Assembly: GCA_963726245.1 (NCBI GenBank)
Contig: CAVSBT010000013.1
Coordinates: 1-29,915 of the forward strand
Length of the DNA: 29,915 nt
DNA from: an uncultured Chloroflexia bacterium
GTDB taxonomy: Bacteria > Chloroflexota > Dehalococcoidia > DSTF01 > JALHUB01
Reading direction: 5' to 3'
Positions 1 to 10,352 of this stretch are shown in pieces (the first letter of the stretch is position 1; every line of letters begins with the position of its first letter). The translations under genes were made by a program, and so were the position numbers. The notes under the pieces were generated by a model, which worked only from the letters and a program-made list of their open reading frames with translations, was not told where the DNA came from and ran no database searches.

Positions 1-2
1 AC

Positions 3-50
3 CGGTTCAAGACGCTCGACACAGACATGGCGAGCAGGATGAGAGGTTAG
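3..50 (+). CDS. nuoK: NADH-quinone oxidoreductase subunit K, 3' end (partial)
   Basis: Reads RFKTLDTDMASRMRG* directly upstream of nuoL and resembles NuoK C-termini ending in MRG. Confidence 0.8.
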   Translation, partial: RFKTLDTDMASRMRG

Positions 51-51
51 C

Positions 52-1938
52 TTGCTGAAGCTCCTCTGGCTGGTCCCGATGCTGCCTTTCGCCGGCTACT
101 TCTTGCTGGCGATGATCGGCGCGCGGCTCCCGCGAAAGGCGGCGGCGATCATCGGCGTCAGCTCGGTAGGGCTGTCGGCATTCTTCGTCATCCTGATAGC
201 GATTAGCTTCCTGGTCTCGCCACCCGAAGGCGACGCCTACCTCCAGACGGTCTGGACGTCGATCAAGGTGGGTGATTTCCAGCCGCAGATCGCCTTCTAC
301 CTCGACTCCATCTCGCTGATCATGATCCTGGTGGTGACCTTCGTCGGCTTCCTCATCCACCTGTATTCCGCCGAGTACATGGCCGACGACGAAGCGTACA
401 GCCGCTTCTTCGCTTACATGAACCTGTTCGTCGGCTCCATGCTCATGCTGGTCCTGGCCGACAACCTGCTGCTCCTCTACCTGGGCTGGGAGGGCGTGGG
501 ACTGTGCAGCTACCTGCTCATCGGCTTCTGGTACAGAGACCCGGCCAACGGGCGGGCGGCCCGCAAGGCCTTCATCGTCACCCGCATCGGCGACACGGCG
601 ATGACCGTGGGCTTTCCTCTCTTCACCAACCTGGGGACCCTGCAGATCCAGGACCTGATCACGCGGGCTCGCTGCAGTGGCCCGTCGGTCGGCCTGCCGT
701 GCTGGCGGCGTTGCTGCTCCTGGGCGGCGCCGTGGGCAAGTCGGCGCAGTCCCGCTGCAGACGTGGCTGCCCGACGCCATGGCCGGCCCGACGCCGGTGA
801 GCGCCCTCATCCACGCGGCGACGATGGTCACGGCCGGCGTGTACCTCATCGCGCGGACCCACGTCCTCTTCGCCCTGGCCCCGGGGTCGAGCTGACGGTG
901 GCTGTCATCGGTGCGGCGACCCTGCTTGTGGCGGGGCTCACCGCCCTGGCGCAGTCGGACATCAAGCGCGTGCTGGCCTACTCGACGATCAGCCAGATCG
1001 GGTACATGTTCCTGGCCCTGGGGGTGGGCGCCTGGTCGGCGGCGATCTTCCACTTCATGGTGCACGCCTTCTTCAAGGCGCTGCTCTTCCTGGGGGCCGG
1101 GGTGGTCATCATCAGCTCCACCACGAGCAGGACATGTTCAAGATGGGCGGGCTGCGCAAGCAACTGCCGCTGACCTTCTGGACGTTCCTGATCGGTGCGG
1201 CGTCGCTGGCGGCGCTGCCGCTGATAACGGCCGGGTTCTACAGCAAGGACATGATCCTCTGGGAGACGTGGTCCTCGAAGATCGGCAACCGGGCTGTGGG
1301 CGGCCGGCCTGGCCGGGGCGCTGATCACCTCGCTGTACACGTTCCGCATGGTCATTCTCACCTTCTTCGGCGAGGCGCGGCAGCAGATCAGCCACAAGCC
1401 GGGCCTGGCGATCAGCATCCCCCTGGTGATCCTGGCCTTCCTCTCGCTGGCCGGCGGTTTCGTCGAATTGCCGCGCCCGCTGGGGGACGTCCCGGCCTTC
1501 TCGGACTTCATGCACAGCGCCCTGCCGGAGCTATCGGTCAACGCGGCGCGCGGCGGCGTCGGGACGGAGGCCGCGTTCGAGATCATTGCCGCGATGGTGA
1601 CTCTGTTCGGTGTCTACCTGGCATTCATGCTGTTCCTGCGCGCCCCGCGGCAGGTTGAGCGGCTGGTGGAGACGCCGGTGGGCGAGAAGCTGCATCGCTT
1701 CTGGTTCACCGGCTGGGGCTTCGACTGGGTGTACGACAGGCTGTTTGTCTGGCCCTTCGCCTGGATCGCGCGCATCAACCGCAGCGACTTCGTCGACCTG
1801 ATCTACACAGGCGTCGCCTGGGTCAACCGGCTAACTTATGGAGGGCTGCGCCAGACGCAGACCGGGCTTGTGCGCTGGTACGCGATGGGGATCGCCGTGG
1901 GCGCAGTCGCAGTCATGGCGATCGTGGTGTTCCGATGA
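52..1938 (+). CDS. nuoL: NADH-quinone oxidoreductase subunit L (several frameshifts)
   Basis: Motifs [59 protein letters not shown] and [10 protein letters not shown], spread over ORFs 52-1173, 677-895, 1134-1658 and 1348-1938. Confidence 0.95.
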
Positions 1939-3504
1939 TGCTGGTGGCGTTCATCCTCATCCCCGCAGCCGGCGGCGTAGTTGCCTGGATAGCGGCGCGC
2001 TGGGGCTCCCAATGGCCCCGCTGGATCTCCCTTTCGCCCTCACGATCGACCTCATACTGGCGGTGGCGTTCTGGGCCCACCACTTCGGGCCGCTGGCCGC
2101 CTCGTTCAGCGGCCCCTGGCTGGCCGAGACGAACCACACATGGATCACACAGCTCGGGATCAGGTTCCACCTGGCGATAGACAGCCTGAGCCTCCTGCTG
2201 ATCGTGCTGACCGCCTTCCTGGGGATCATGAGCGTCCTCGCCTCCTGGCGGGAGATCGAGGAGCGGGTAGGCTTCTTCCACTTCAACCTGATGTGGACGC
2301 TGGCCGCGATCACGGGCGTCTTCCTGGCGCTGGACCTGTTCCTCTTCTACTTCTTCTGGGAGATGATGCTGGTCCCCATGTACCTCCTCATCATCCTCTG
2401 GGGCCATGAGAACCGCATCTATGCCGCCGTCAAGTTCTTCCTGTTCACGCAGGCCAGCGGCCTCCTGATGCTGGCGGCCATCCTGGGGTTGTACTTCGCC
2501 CACGGCCACAGCACCGGGACGTACACCTTCGACTATACGCAACTGCTGGGCACGGCGATGTCCGGCGAGGACGGCGATGTGGCTCATGCTCGGCTTCGTC
2601 GCCGCTTTCGCCGTCAAGCTGCCGGTCGTGCCGCTGCACACGTGGCTGCCCGACGCCCACACCGAGGCGCCGACCGCCGGCAGCGTCATCCTGGCCGGCC
2701 TCCTGCTGAAGACCGGGGCCTACGGGTTGCTGCGCTTCGTCCTGCCGCTCTTCCCGGGGGCCGCCCTGGACTTCGCGCCGTACGCGATGGGATTGGGGGT
2801 CGTCGGCATCATCTACGGCGCTGTGCTGGCATTTGCCCAGTACGACTTGAAGCGTCTGGTGGCATACACCAGCGTCAGCCACATGGGGTTCGTGCTGCTC
2901 GGCATCTTCGCCTTGAACGAGCTGGCGCTGCAGGGGGCGGTGATGCAGATGATCTGCCACGGCATCGCGACCGGGGCGCTCTTCATCCTCGTCGGCGAGC
3001 TCCAGGAGCGCACCCACACCCGCGACATACGCAAGATGGAGGGCCTGTGGGCGACGGTGCCGCGCATGGGGGCCGTCGCGCTCTTCTTCGCCCTCGCGTC
3101 GCTGGGCCTGCCGGGGATGGGCAACTTCGTCGGCGAGTTCCTGGTGCTGCTGGGGGCGTATCAGGCTCGCCTGGTGTTCGCGATACTCGCCTCGCTGGGC
3201 CTCATCGCCGCCACCATATACGCGCTGTGGATAGTGCAGAGCACCTTCCACGGGCCGAACACGGCCGGGTGGAAGCTGCCGGACCTCCGGCCGCGGGAGA
3301 TGGTGATCATGGGACGCGCTGATGGCCGTGATCATGTGGCTGGGCCTCTACCCGCAGTCGGTGATCAGCACGGCGAAGCAGTCGCTGGACAATCTGCCAC
3401 AGATCGCTTCGACCTCGCAGGCGGTGTCGTCCCCGCCGGCTGCGGGCGCTGTGGTGCCGGGTGGCGAGTCCCAGCCTAACCTGCTGTTCGGAGACGGCCG
3501 ATGA
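1935..3504 (+). CDS. nuoM: NADH-quinone oxidoreductase subunit M (frameshifted)
   Basis: Motifs LFYFFWEMMLVPMY, AVKLPVVPLHTWLPDAHTEAPTAGS and LGLPGMGNFVGEF. The start overlaps the nuoL stop (ATGA). Confidence 0.95.
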
Positions 3505-4934
3505 CGGGCACTGAAATCGTTACCCTGTTGCCGCTCATCGTCCTGGCGGCGGCGCCGGTCGTCATCATGCTGGTGGTCGCCTTCTACCGCGACCACCGGC
3601 TGACCGTCGCGCTGACCATGTTCGGACTCGTCCTGGCCTTCGCCATGCTTCCGGTGTCGTCAAAGACCAGCTCCAGCGAGGTGACGGCGCTTCTCATTCT
3701 CGATCGCTACGCGCTCTTCTACATGGGGCTGATCTTCGCAGCCGCCTTCGCCGTCGCCGGGCTGGCGTACAGGTACCTGGAAGGGCGCGAGGGCAGCGCC
3801 GACGAGTTCTACATCCTCCTCCTGCTGGCCACGCTCGGTTCGGCGGTGCTGGTGGCCAGCAGGCACTTCGCCTCGTTCTTCCTGGGGCTGGAGATCCTCA
3901 GCGTCTCGCTCTACGGCTTGATCGGCTACCCACTTAGAGAGCACAGCATTGAGGCGGCGATCAAGTACCTGATCCTGGCCGCGGCCTCGGCGGCGTTTCT
4001 GCTCTTTGGCATGGCCCTCATCTACGGCGAAGTGGGGACGATGGAGTTCGCCGGCATTGCCTCGTCCATATCCGGACTGAGCGACATACAGAAGACGGTG
4101 CTGATGACGGGCTTCGGCATGGTGGTCGTCGGGGTCGGGTTCAAGCTGGCGGTTGTGCCGTTCCACATGTGGACACCCGACGTGTATGAAGGCGCGCCGG
4201 CGCCGGTGACCGCGTTCGTGGCATCCGTATCCAAGGGAGCCATGTTCGCGCTCGTGCTGCGCTTCTACACGCAGATCGACTACCGCTCCTACGACTCGCT
4301 GTTCGCCGCGTTCTACGCCATCGCCGTCGCCTCGATGCTCGTCGGCAACCTGCTCGCGCTGCTGCAGAGCAATGTGAAGCGGATCCTGGCCTACTCCTCC
4401 ATCGCCCACCTTGGGTATCTGCTGGTCGCCTTCCTGGCCAGCGGCTCGCTGGTGGTGACGGCCGTGACCTTCTACCTGGTCGCCTACTTCGCGGCCACCC
4501 TGGGCTCATTCGGCATCATCACGGTGCTATCGGGCCCCGACCGCGAGGCGGACAGCCTGGACGACTACCGCGGCCTCTTCTGGCGCCGCCCCTGGCTGGC
4601 GACCGCGTTCACGGCGACGCTCCTCTCGCTCGCCGGCATACCTCTGACGGCGGGCTTCCTGGGGAAGATCTACCTGGTGACCGCGGCCGCGGGGTCCGCC
4701 CTGTGGGCGCTGGTCATCATTCTCGCCGTGAGCAGCGTCATAGGCCTGTTCTACTACCTGCGCGTCATCGGCACGATGTTCGCGCACCCGCCGGAGGAGG
4801 TTAGAGGACCGGCCGTCGAGCCATCCCTATCTCTGGCCGACAACCTGGTACTGGCAGTGGTGATGTCAGTGGTGGTCTGGCTGGGCGTCTACCCTGCCCC
4901 GCTAATCCACGTGATTGAGGCGATCAGCCGCTGA
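3501..4934 (+). CDS. nuoN: NADH-quinone oxidoreductase subunit N
   Basis: Intact 477-aa ORF with EAAIKY, FKLAVVPFHMWTPDVYEGAP and KRILAYSSIAHLGY. Confidence 0.97.
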   Translation: MTGTEIVTLLPLIVLAAAPVVIMLVVAFYRDHRLTVALTMFGLVLAFAMLPVSSKTSSSEVTALLILDRYALFYMGLIFAAAFAVAGLAYRYLEGREGSADEFYILLLLATLGSAVLVASRHFASFFLGLEILSVSLYGLIGYPLREHSIEAAIKYLILAAASAAFLLFGMALIYGEVGTMEFAGIASSISGLSDIQKTVLMTGFGMVVVGVGFKLAVVPFHMWTPDVYEGAPAPVTAFVASVSKGAMFALVLRFYTQIDYRSYDSLFAAFYAIAVASMLVGNLLALLQSNVKRILAYSSIAHLGYLLVAFLASGSLVVTAVTFYLVAYFAATLGSFGIITVLSGPDREADSLDDYRGLFWRRPWLATAFTATLLSLAGIPLTAGFLGKIYLVTAAAGSALWALVIILAVSSVIGLFYYLRVIGTMFAHPPEEVRGPAVEPSLSLADNLVLAVVMSVVVWLGVYPAPLIHVIEAISR

Positions 4935-5120
4935 AGCCGCTGAAAACGCCCCCCCCCGCTGAATGGCTCCCCCAGCGGACTCCTGACACCATAATGACTC
5001 GATCTTGGGCACCCACCAGCGCGAAACCATTCTCATTATCTTGTGGAAACGCATCGGGGGCGGACAATTACGTCCGCCCCCAATATTGAGGATTCAGTCG
5101 CCTGCCGACAGGCCGGCAGC

Positions 5121-5381
5121 CTAAACGCGAGCCATGCTCTGCGAAAGCACGCTCGCCGGGAGCATGCCTTCGAGGACCCTCTCAAGGGCCATGGTATGGC
5201 AGCAGAAGCCCCATCCGGCAAAGAAGTCACAGGAGCAATTCCAGCGTTCGTCCTCCAACCACACCTCGTGGGAGTCGTTCTCGCCTCGGAAGCCCACGCG
5301 GAGGCTGGAGAAACGGATGCGATCTCGCTCCTGAGCGTAGCGCTTGGCCTTCTCGATTTTGCCGATGAGACTAGACTGCAT
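5121..5381 (-). CDS. Small SWIM zinc-finger protein
   Basis: 86 aa with the CxC-x8-CxH pattern (CSCDFFAGWGFCCH) and an AAGGAGG RBS upstream. Confidence 0.8.
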   Translation of the reverse strand: MQSSLIGKIEKAKRYAQERDRIRFSSLRVGFRGENDSHEVWLEDERWNCSCDFFAGWGFCCHTMALERVLEGMLPASVLSQSMARV

Positions 5382-5410
5382 CTCTCCTCCTTAGCTCTGT
5401 GGCGACCCGC

Positions 5411-5451
5411 AGAGAAAGAATAGGGCACCGGCCACTGCTAGGCTGGTGCCC
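5411..5451 (-). terminator. Putative intrinsic terminator/attenuator upstream of the SWIM gene
   Basis: Minus-strand hairpin GGGCACCAGCC-7nt-GGCCGGTGCCC (one mismatch) followed by TATTCTTTCTCT. Confidence 0.5.
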
Positions 5452-5530
5452 ATAAGACGCTATTCGATTGTCAGCGCCGCCAGTCATGCCATTTGGCTCC
5501 TTTTGGCGCGTGCCCCCGAACTAGATTCGT

Positions 5531-5559
5531 ATTATAGCCCGGGCGGCTCTCGACGTCAA
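5531..5559 (-). promoter_or_regulatory. Sigma70-type promoter
   Basis: TTGACG-N17-TATAAT on the minus strand. Confidence 0.75.
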
Positions 5560-5611
5560 GCCGTGTGCGAGGCCGTAACCGGTTCGTCACCGGCGAGCAG
5601 GCGGGGCGCCG

Positions 5612-6294
5612 CTATGCGCCGGCGGGCGAGGAGCGGGGAAACCGGGCCAGACACTGGTAGCGCGCCCCGCCCGGTTCGAGGGTGCTCTGCATGAGGCTCA
5701 GCGCGTCCAGCGTTGCGCCGGGTAGCGGCGGCAGCTCCAGGGTCCGGACGAGGTCGAAGAGACGGCGACGGTCCTGCGGGCTGGCCTCATCCTTCACCCG
5801 CGCCAGAGTGAGGTGGGCGGCGAAGGGGCGCCGTTCGCGCTCGAAGCCCATAGACTCCATGGCCCCCTCCACCTGCGCCGCCAGTCGCGCCAGCGCCTCG
5901 ACATCTCCCTCCAGTCCTACCCACACGACCCGCAGGCCGGTGGAGCCGCCGAAGGAGCCGAGCCTTCCCAGCCTCACCGACAGACGGAAGGGCTCGCTCA
6001 CCGCCCGCGCCAGCGCCCTTTCGATGGCCTCCAGGCGGCGGGCCGGCACCGGGCCCAGGAACTTCAGGGTGAGGTGAATGCCTTCCGGCCGCACCCAGCG
6101 CAGTCCCTCGGCGCCCTGCTCCTGGAGGAGGCGCTGGACGGTGGCGAGGGCCTCCCTGGCTTCGCCGGGAAGCTCACAGGCGACGAAGAGGCGGAGACTC
6201 GGCCCGCCGGGGCCCGCGTCCCGAAAAGGCCGGCCGTCGGGGTCGGGCCAGACCTGTGACCCGCGCTCCGGCGTGGGGGCTCACGGCGCGTCAT
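5612..6294 (-). CDS. thpR: RNA 2',3'-cyclic phosphodiesterase (2H family); 5' end frameshifted or start uncertain
   Basis: LRLFVA N-terminal motif plus two HxT motifs (IHLTLKFLG, AHLTLAR). Confidence 0.88.
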
Positions 6295-7160
6295 GAGGGC
6301 AGTCTCAGCAGGCGGCGGGCGTTCTCGCCCAGGACAAGGCGCTGCTCCTCCTCCTGCAGGCCCGCGTCTCGAACCTGAGCCAGGCAGCGGCCCTGGGAGA
6401 GCAGCGGGAAGTCGCTGCCGAAGAGGATGCGGTCCGCGCCCACCAGGTCGATGGCCCGCCGGTAGATGAGCGGGTCGTAGAGGAGAGGGGTGGCGGCTGT
6501 GTCGAAGAAGGTGTTGCTCAGCGCCTCCCTCACCTCCGGCATGAGGGCGTAGAAGGGGAGGCCGCCGCCCCAGTGGGCGGCCACGACCGTCACGTCCGGA
6601 TACTTCTCCAGGAAGCGGTATAGGGCGGGCGGCTCCAGCCCCATCTTGCCGGGGTAGCGGTGTCCCACCGGCTCGCTGACGTGGAAGAGGAGGGGCAAGT
6701 CATGGGCTCGGGAGGCCCAGGCCAGAAGCTCGGCCTCCTGGCTGTCCGCCAGGTCGTAACCCTGGTTCCAGGGACGCAGCCCTTCGGCAAGCTCAGGACG
6801 CAGCTCGCCGAGGCCGCGGGCGCCCGCCGACGCGCAGCGTTCCACCTCGCGGCGCGCCTCGTCGCCGGCCCGGGGCTGCAGGCAGCAGAAGGGCACCAGA
6901 CGTCCGCCGCTGCAGGCCGCGGCTTCCAGGATGTAGTCGTTCGTCTGGCGGCAGAGGTCCATCTCGCCCCAGGCGAACCCCACGATGACGCTGACATCGA
7001 CGCCGGCCTCATCCATGCTGGCCAGCACGTCTTCGGCGCCGGCCAGCTTCGAGCGGGGGTCGCTGTAGAGCTCGCGGAAGGTGGCATCGCGCCGCAGGTA
7101 CTCGTCGCGCTGCTCGCGCACCTGCGGAGGGAAGACGTGGGTGTGGAAATCGACGATCAC
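6291..7160 (-). CDS. Amidohydrolase_2 family metal-dependent hydrolase
   Basis: Motifs DFHTH, AHWGGG and ILFGSDFP; 289 aa. Confidence 0.9.
   Translation of the reverse strand: MIVDFHTHVFPPQVREQRDEYLRRDATFRELYSDPRSKLAGAEDVLASMDEAGVDVSVIVGFAWGEMDLCRQTNDYILEAAACSGGRLVPFCCLQPRAGDEARREVERCASAGARGLGELRPELAEGLRPWNQGYDLADSQEAELLAWASRAHDLPLLFHVSEPVGHRYPGKMGLEPPALYRFLEKYPDVTVVAAHWGGGLPFYALMPEVREALSNTFFDTAATPLLYDPLIYRRAIDLVGADRILFGSDFPLLSQGRCLAQVRDAGLQEEEQRLVLGENARRLLRLPS
6772..6804. repeat. Small repeat element inserted in frame in a CDS
   Basis: CCCTTCGGCAAGCTCAGG core with GGACGCAGC direct repeats at 6772-6780 and 6796-6804. A near-identical core lies at 15883-15904 in the opposite orientation. Confidence 0.7.
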
Positions 7161-7866
7161 GGCGGCCGCTCGAACTGCACTCGGCGGAAGCCCTCGGCGT
7201 ACTTGCAGCCGGCCTTCTTGCCGACCTCCCGGTGCCAGCGGCGCATCCGCTTCAGCAAGTCTCCCCGCGGCCGCTTTCCGACCTGGCTGGCGTGCTGTCG
7301 CAGCGCTTCCATCTTCCGGTCGAAGTAAGAGGTTATGTCAACGTAGTGGTCGGGCTCCTCGGCGCCGGCGAGCCATAGCTCCGAGGCCCGGTAGGGCCCG
7401 AGCCCTTCCTCGCGGTGCTCGGGATAGAAGAGCAGGGAGCGCGCCGCCGGGTAGATGGCGTCGTAGACCACGCGCCCGACGATGCGGTGGTCGCGATGGT
7501 TGAAGCCGCGCCGGAATCCGTCCCAGGTCACCACCACCTCGGGCTGATGCTTCCGCAGCAGCCGCACGATCTGCTCACGGAGCTCCAGGCTCTCCTCCAG
7601 GAAGCCGTCGGCATAGCCCAGGAAAATGCACTCCCTGACGCCCAGGACGCGGGCGGCGTCGCGCTGCTCTTTCTCGCGCCGGGCGGCCAGCTCTTGATGG
7701 GAGACGTTCTCGTCGCGGCTGCCCTTGTCGCCGAGGTGGCGATGACGTAGTAGACGTCCCAGCCCTCGTCGCACCAGCGGGCGACGGCGCCGGCGCAGAG
7801 GAACTCGGCGTCATCGGGATGGGCCATGACGACCATGGCCCGCTTCGGGGCCTGAGATTCAGTCAT
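7157..7866 (-). CDS. PIG-L family N-acetylglucosaminyl deacetylase (MshB/BshB-like), one frameshift
   Basis: Motifs AHPDDAE, GDKG, RREKEQRDAARVLG, HRDH and KMEALRQHASQ across ORFs 7528-7866 and 7157-7774. Confidence 0.88.
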
Positions 7867-7887
7867 GCGGCCAGTGGGCGCCCTGGG

Positions 7888-7915
7888 AGGGGCAGGGACA
7901 GGGCCCTGCCCCTAC
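7888..7915 (-). repeat. GTAG-type REP-like palindrome
   Basis: The minus strand reads GTAGGGGCAGGG-CCCTGT-CCCTGCCCCT, a 10-bp stem beginning within a GTAG tetranucleotide. Confidence 0.55.
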
Positions 7916-8002
7916 GTCTCCCGTCAACAATGTGTTGTTGATGACCGTGAGGCCCCGACAGGTTCGCGGGGTCTGAAGGTCCTCAAGCATTTCCGCTCAC
8001 CT

Positions 8003-8053
8003 CTGAGGGTTGAAACCCTCAGCTTCGAGGAAGCTGCGGATTTGAATCCGCAG
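8003..8053. repeat. Inverted doublet of 20-bp palindromes (REPIN/BIME-like)
   Basis: CTGAGGGTTGAAACCCTCAG (8003-8022) and CTGCGGATTTGAATCCGCAG (8034-8053), joined by a palindromic CAGCTTC-GAG-GAAGCTG linker. Confidence 0.6.
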
Positions 8054-8095
8054 GGTTAGTCTATTTGGATTAACGCCATCAATCCGCAGTGTTAA

Positions 8096-9351
8096 TCACT
8101 GACCATAAGAGCCAGAGACGCTCGCGAGGGGCTGAAGAGCCTCGCCGGCAGCCTCCTCCAGAAGCTCCCGGTACAGTCCCACCACCGCTTCGGCGACGTT
8201 CGCCCAGCGGTAAAGCTCCACGGTCTCGCGGGCCGACTCGCCGAAGCGATGGCGCAGGGTCTCGTTGCCCAGCAGGAGCTCCAGGCGCTCGGCGAAGGGC
8301 TCCGGACAGCGCCAGGAGATGAGATAGCCCGTCTCGCCGTCCCGCACCGTGCCCGTTAGCCCGCCGACCCGTGAGGCCACGACCGGCGTCCCGCAGGCCA
8401 TGGCCTCCAGGGCCACCAGCCCGAAGCTCTCGTAGTACGACGGCACCACACAGACGTCAGCGGCATTGTAGTAGAGCGGCAACTGCTCGTGGTCCACGGC
8501 GCCCAGGAAGCACACCCGCTCGCCGATGCCCAGGTCCGACGCCAGGTCCTGGAGGTGGCTCACCTGCTGCCGCGAGCGATTGTCGCCGCCCACTATGAGC
8601 ACGTGGAAGTCCGACTCGTCGCCGAGCTGGGCAGCGGCGTTGATCAGGATGTCGATGCCCTTCAGGGGCTCGATGCGCCCCACGAACAGGATGATGCGCT
8701 CATCGTTGAAGCCCAGGGCGCGACGGGCCTCCTCCTTGTCCTGGGGCCGGAACAGGTCAAGGTCGACGCCGCAGGGCACGACAGCGACGCGATCGGGGTC
8801 GGCGTCGTAGAGGCGGGCCAGCAGGTGCTTCTCGTGCTGGCTGGCGCAGACGATGCGGTCCGCCTCAGCGGCCAGCCGGCGCTCCACGCGGATGCGCTGC
8901 GGCGCCTCGTGCTCCGTGACGCGCGCCCGGTTCTTCACCTCGCCCAGGGTGTGGAACATCGTGACGTGGGGCAGGCCCCAGCGCTCTTGAAGGCGAAGCG
9001 CCACCGAGCCCGAGAGCCAGTAGTGGCTGTGCAGCAGGTCGTAGGCGAGCCCTCGGCGGAGGCGAAGCGAACCAGGTTCTCTTCGAACTGGTCCAGGTAG
9101 CGGCGCAGCCGCCCCTTCTCGACCGGCCGTCGTGGCCCGGCCTCCAGGTGCACCACGCGCACGTTCTCGCCGTCTTCGACGACGTCAGGGGTCGATGCGT
9201 CCTGGCGGCGGGTGAAGACGTCGACCAGGAAGCCGCGCTGCCCCAGCTCCCTGCTGAGCTGACGCACGTAGACGTTCATGCCGCCCGTCTCGGGGCCGCC
9301 CAGCGGAGCCAGGGGCGAGGTATGGTAGCTGATCATGGCCACCCGCCGCAT
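8096..9351 (-). CDS. GT4 glycosyltransferase, MshA-like (frameshifted)
   Basis: Motifs HTSPLAPLGGPETGGMNVYV, HSHYWLSG, FVGRIEPLKG and PSYYESFGLVALEAMACGTPVV are typical of the MshA group. Confidence 0.88.
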
Positions 9352-9362
9352 CGCGCGCCTCG

Positions 9363-10347
9363 CTAGCTCCGCCGCACCCGGCAGCGGTAGATGGGGAGGT
9401 CGTGGCCCCCCAGGTCGTACTTGTAGGGCTCGCTGCCGCGCAGGAAATCCACGCAGCCCTTCCCTTCTTTGATGGCGACCTCCAGGCAGAGGACCTTGGA
9501 GAGCAGGCCCACCGACAGGGAGGACAGGTCGGGGTCGAAGCCGCTGTTGTAGAGGTGGAGTTGCCGGCAGCAGTCGAAGCAGAGCACCGAGGCCGCCGGG
9601 CGGCCGTCGAGGTCCATCATGAAGAGGCGGATGAGCCCTTCGCCGGCCAGCGCGACCGACATGTCCCGGAAGAAGCCCTCCATCTGGGGGCTCATGAACT
9701 CTGCCTTGTCGCTGCGGCTGGCGGTGTGCAGTCGGAGGAAGTCCTCGATGCCGGCGGCCACCTCAGGCGGCGAGCGCAGGTCGCGGAGCTCCACGCGGGC
9801 CCCACTCTGGCTCAGCCGGCGCATCTTGCGTCGCAGCTCGTGGCGGTCCTTCCCATTCAGGCCCCCCAGGTACTCCTCCCAGGAGGAGGGCAGCTCTACG
9901 TGCGGCGCTACCGCCTCCAGCTCCTGCTCGACCCGCCAGCCCAGGCCATTTGTCGCCTTGGGCAGCGTTGCCAGCGCCGGCGAGTAGGCGGCCAGCCCCC
10001 TCAGGTCCATCTCCTCCCAGGACTCCTCGCCCAGCGAATGGAGTACGGCGGCGAAGAATTCGCCCTCCCGGCCTGGCTCCACCACGAAGTCCATGTAATC
10101 GCAGAATCTCATGGTCGCCGACCAGGGCGAGGCGCGGGCCTTCGCGCATGAGGGGCGCTACGCCCACCAGGCGCTCGCCGTCGCGGACGGCCAGGAACAG
10201 GGGCTCCCGCCCGTCGCCGAAGTGCTTCAGCCACAGCTCCTGCCAGATGGGGCGATGAAAGACGTGGGGCTCCGGTGTCCGCGAGACGAGGTCCTGCCAC
10301 TCGTCGCGGAGACTGTCCAGATCCTGCCTTCGAACCGACAGAGCCAT
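9363..10347 (-). CDS. GNAT-like acetyltransferase (CelD/BcsL-like), one frameshift
   Basis: Motifs LVGVAPL, CDYMDFV, LYNSGFDP and DFLRGSEPYKY across ORFs 9763-10347 and 9363-10112. Confidence 0.8.
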
Positions 10348-10352
10348 GGGGA

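Noticed and set aside
7-4787. Long antisense ORFs over the nuo genes (and similar shadow ORFs elsewhere)
   Set aside because: They are GC-rich codon-bias shadows of real genes, with no recognisable motifs.
4950-5040. Complete tRNA gene
   Set aside because: Only a 3'-end-like 19-mer is present; there is no TTCGA T-loop, anticodon arm or D-arm.
5470-5490. ZTP riboswitch (TGACTGGCG word on the minus strand)
   Set aside because: The downstream GGTGG..CCAC..GGGGAGC and CGCCTGGG elements are absent.
7867-8097. CRISPR array
   Set aside because: There are no regularly spaced direct repeats with unique spacers, and no cas genes.
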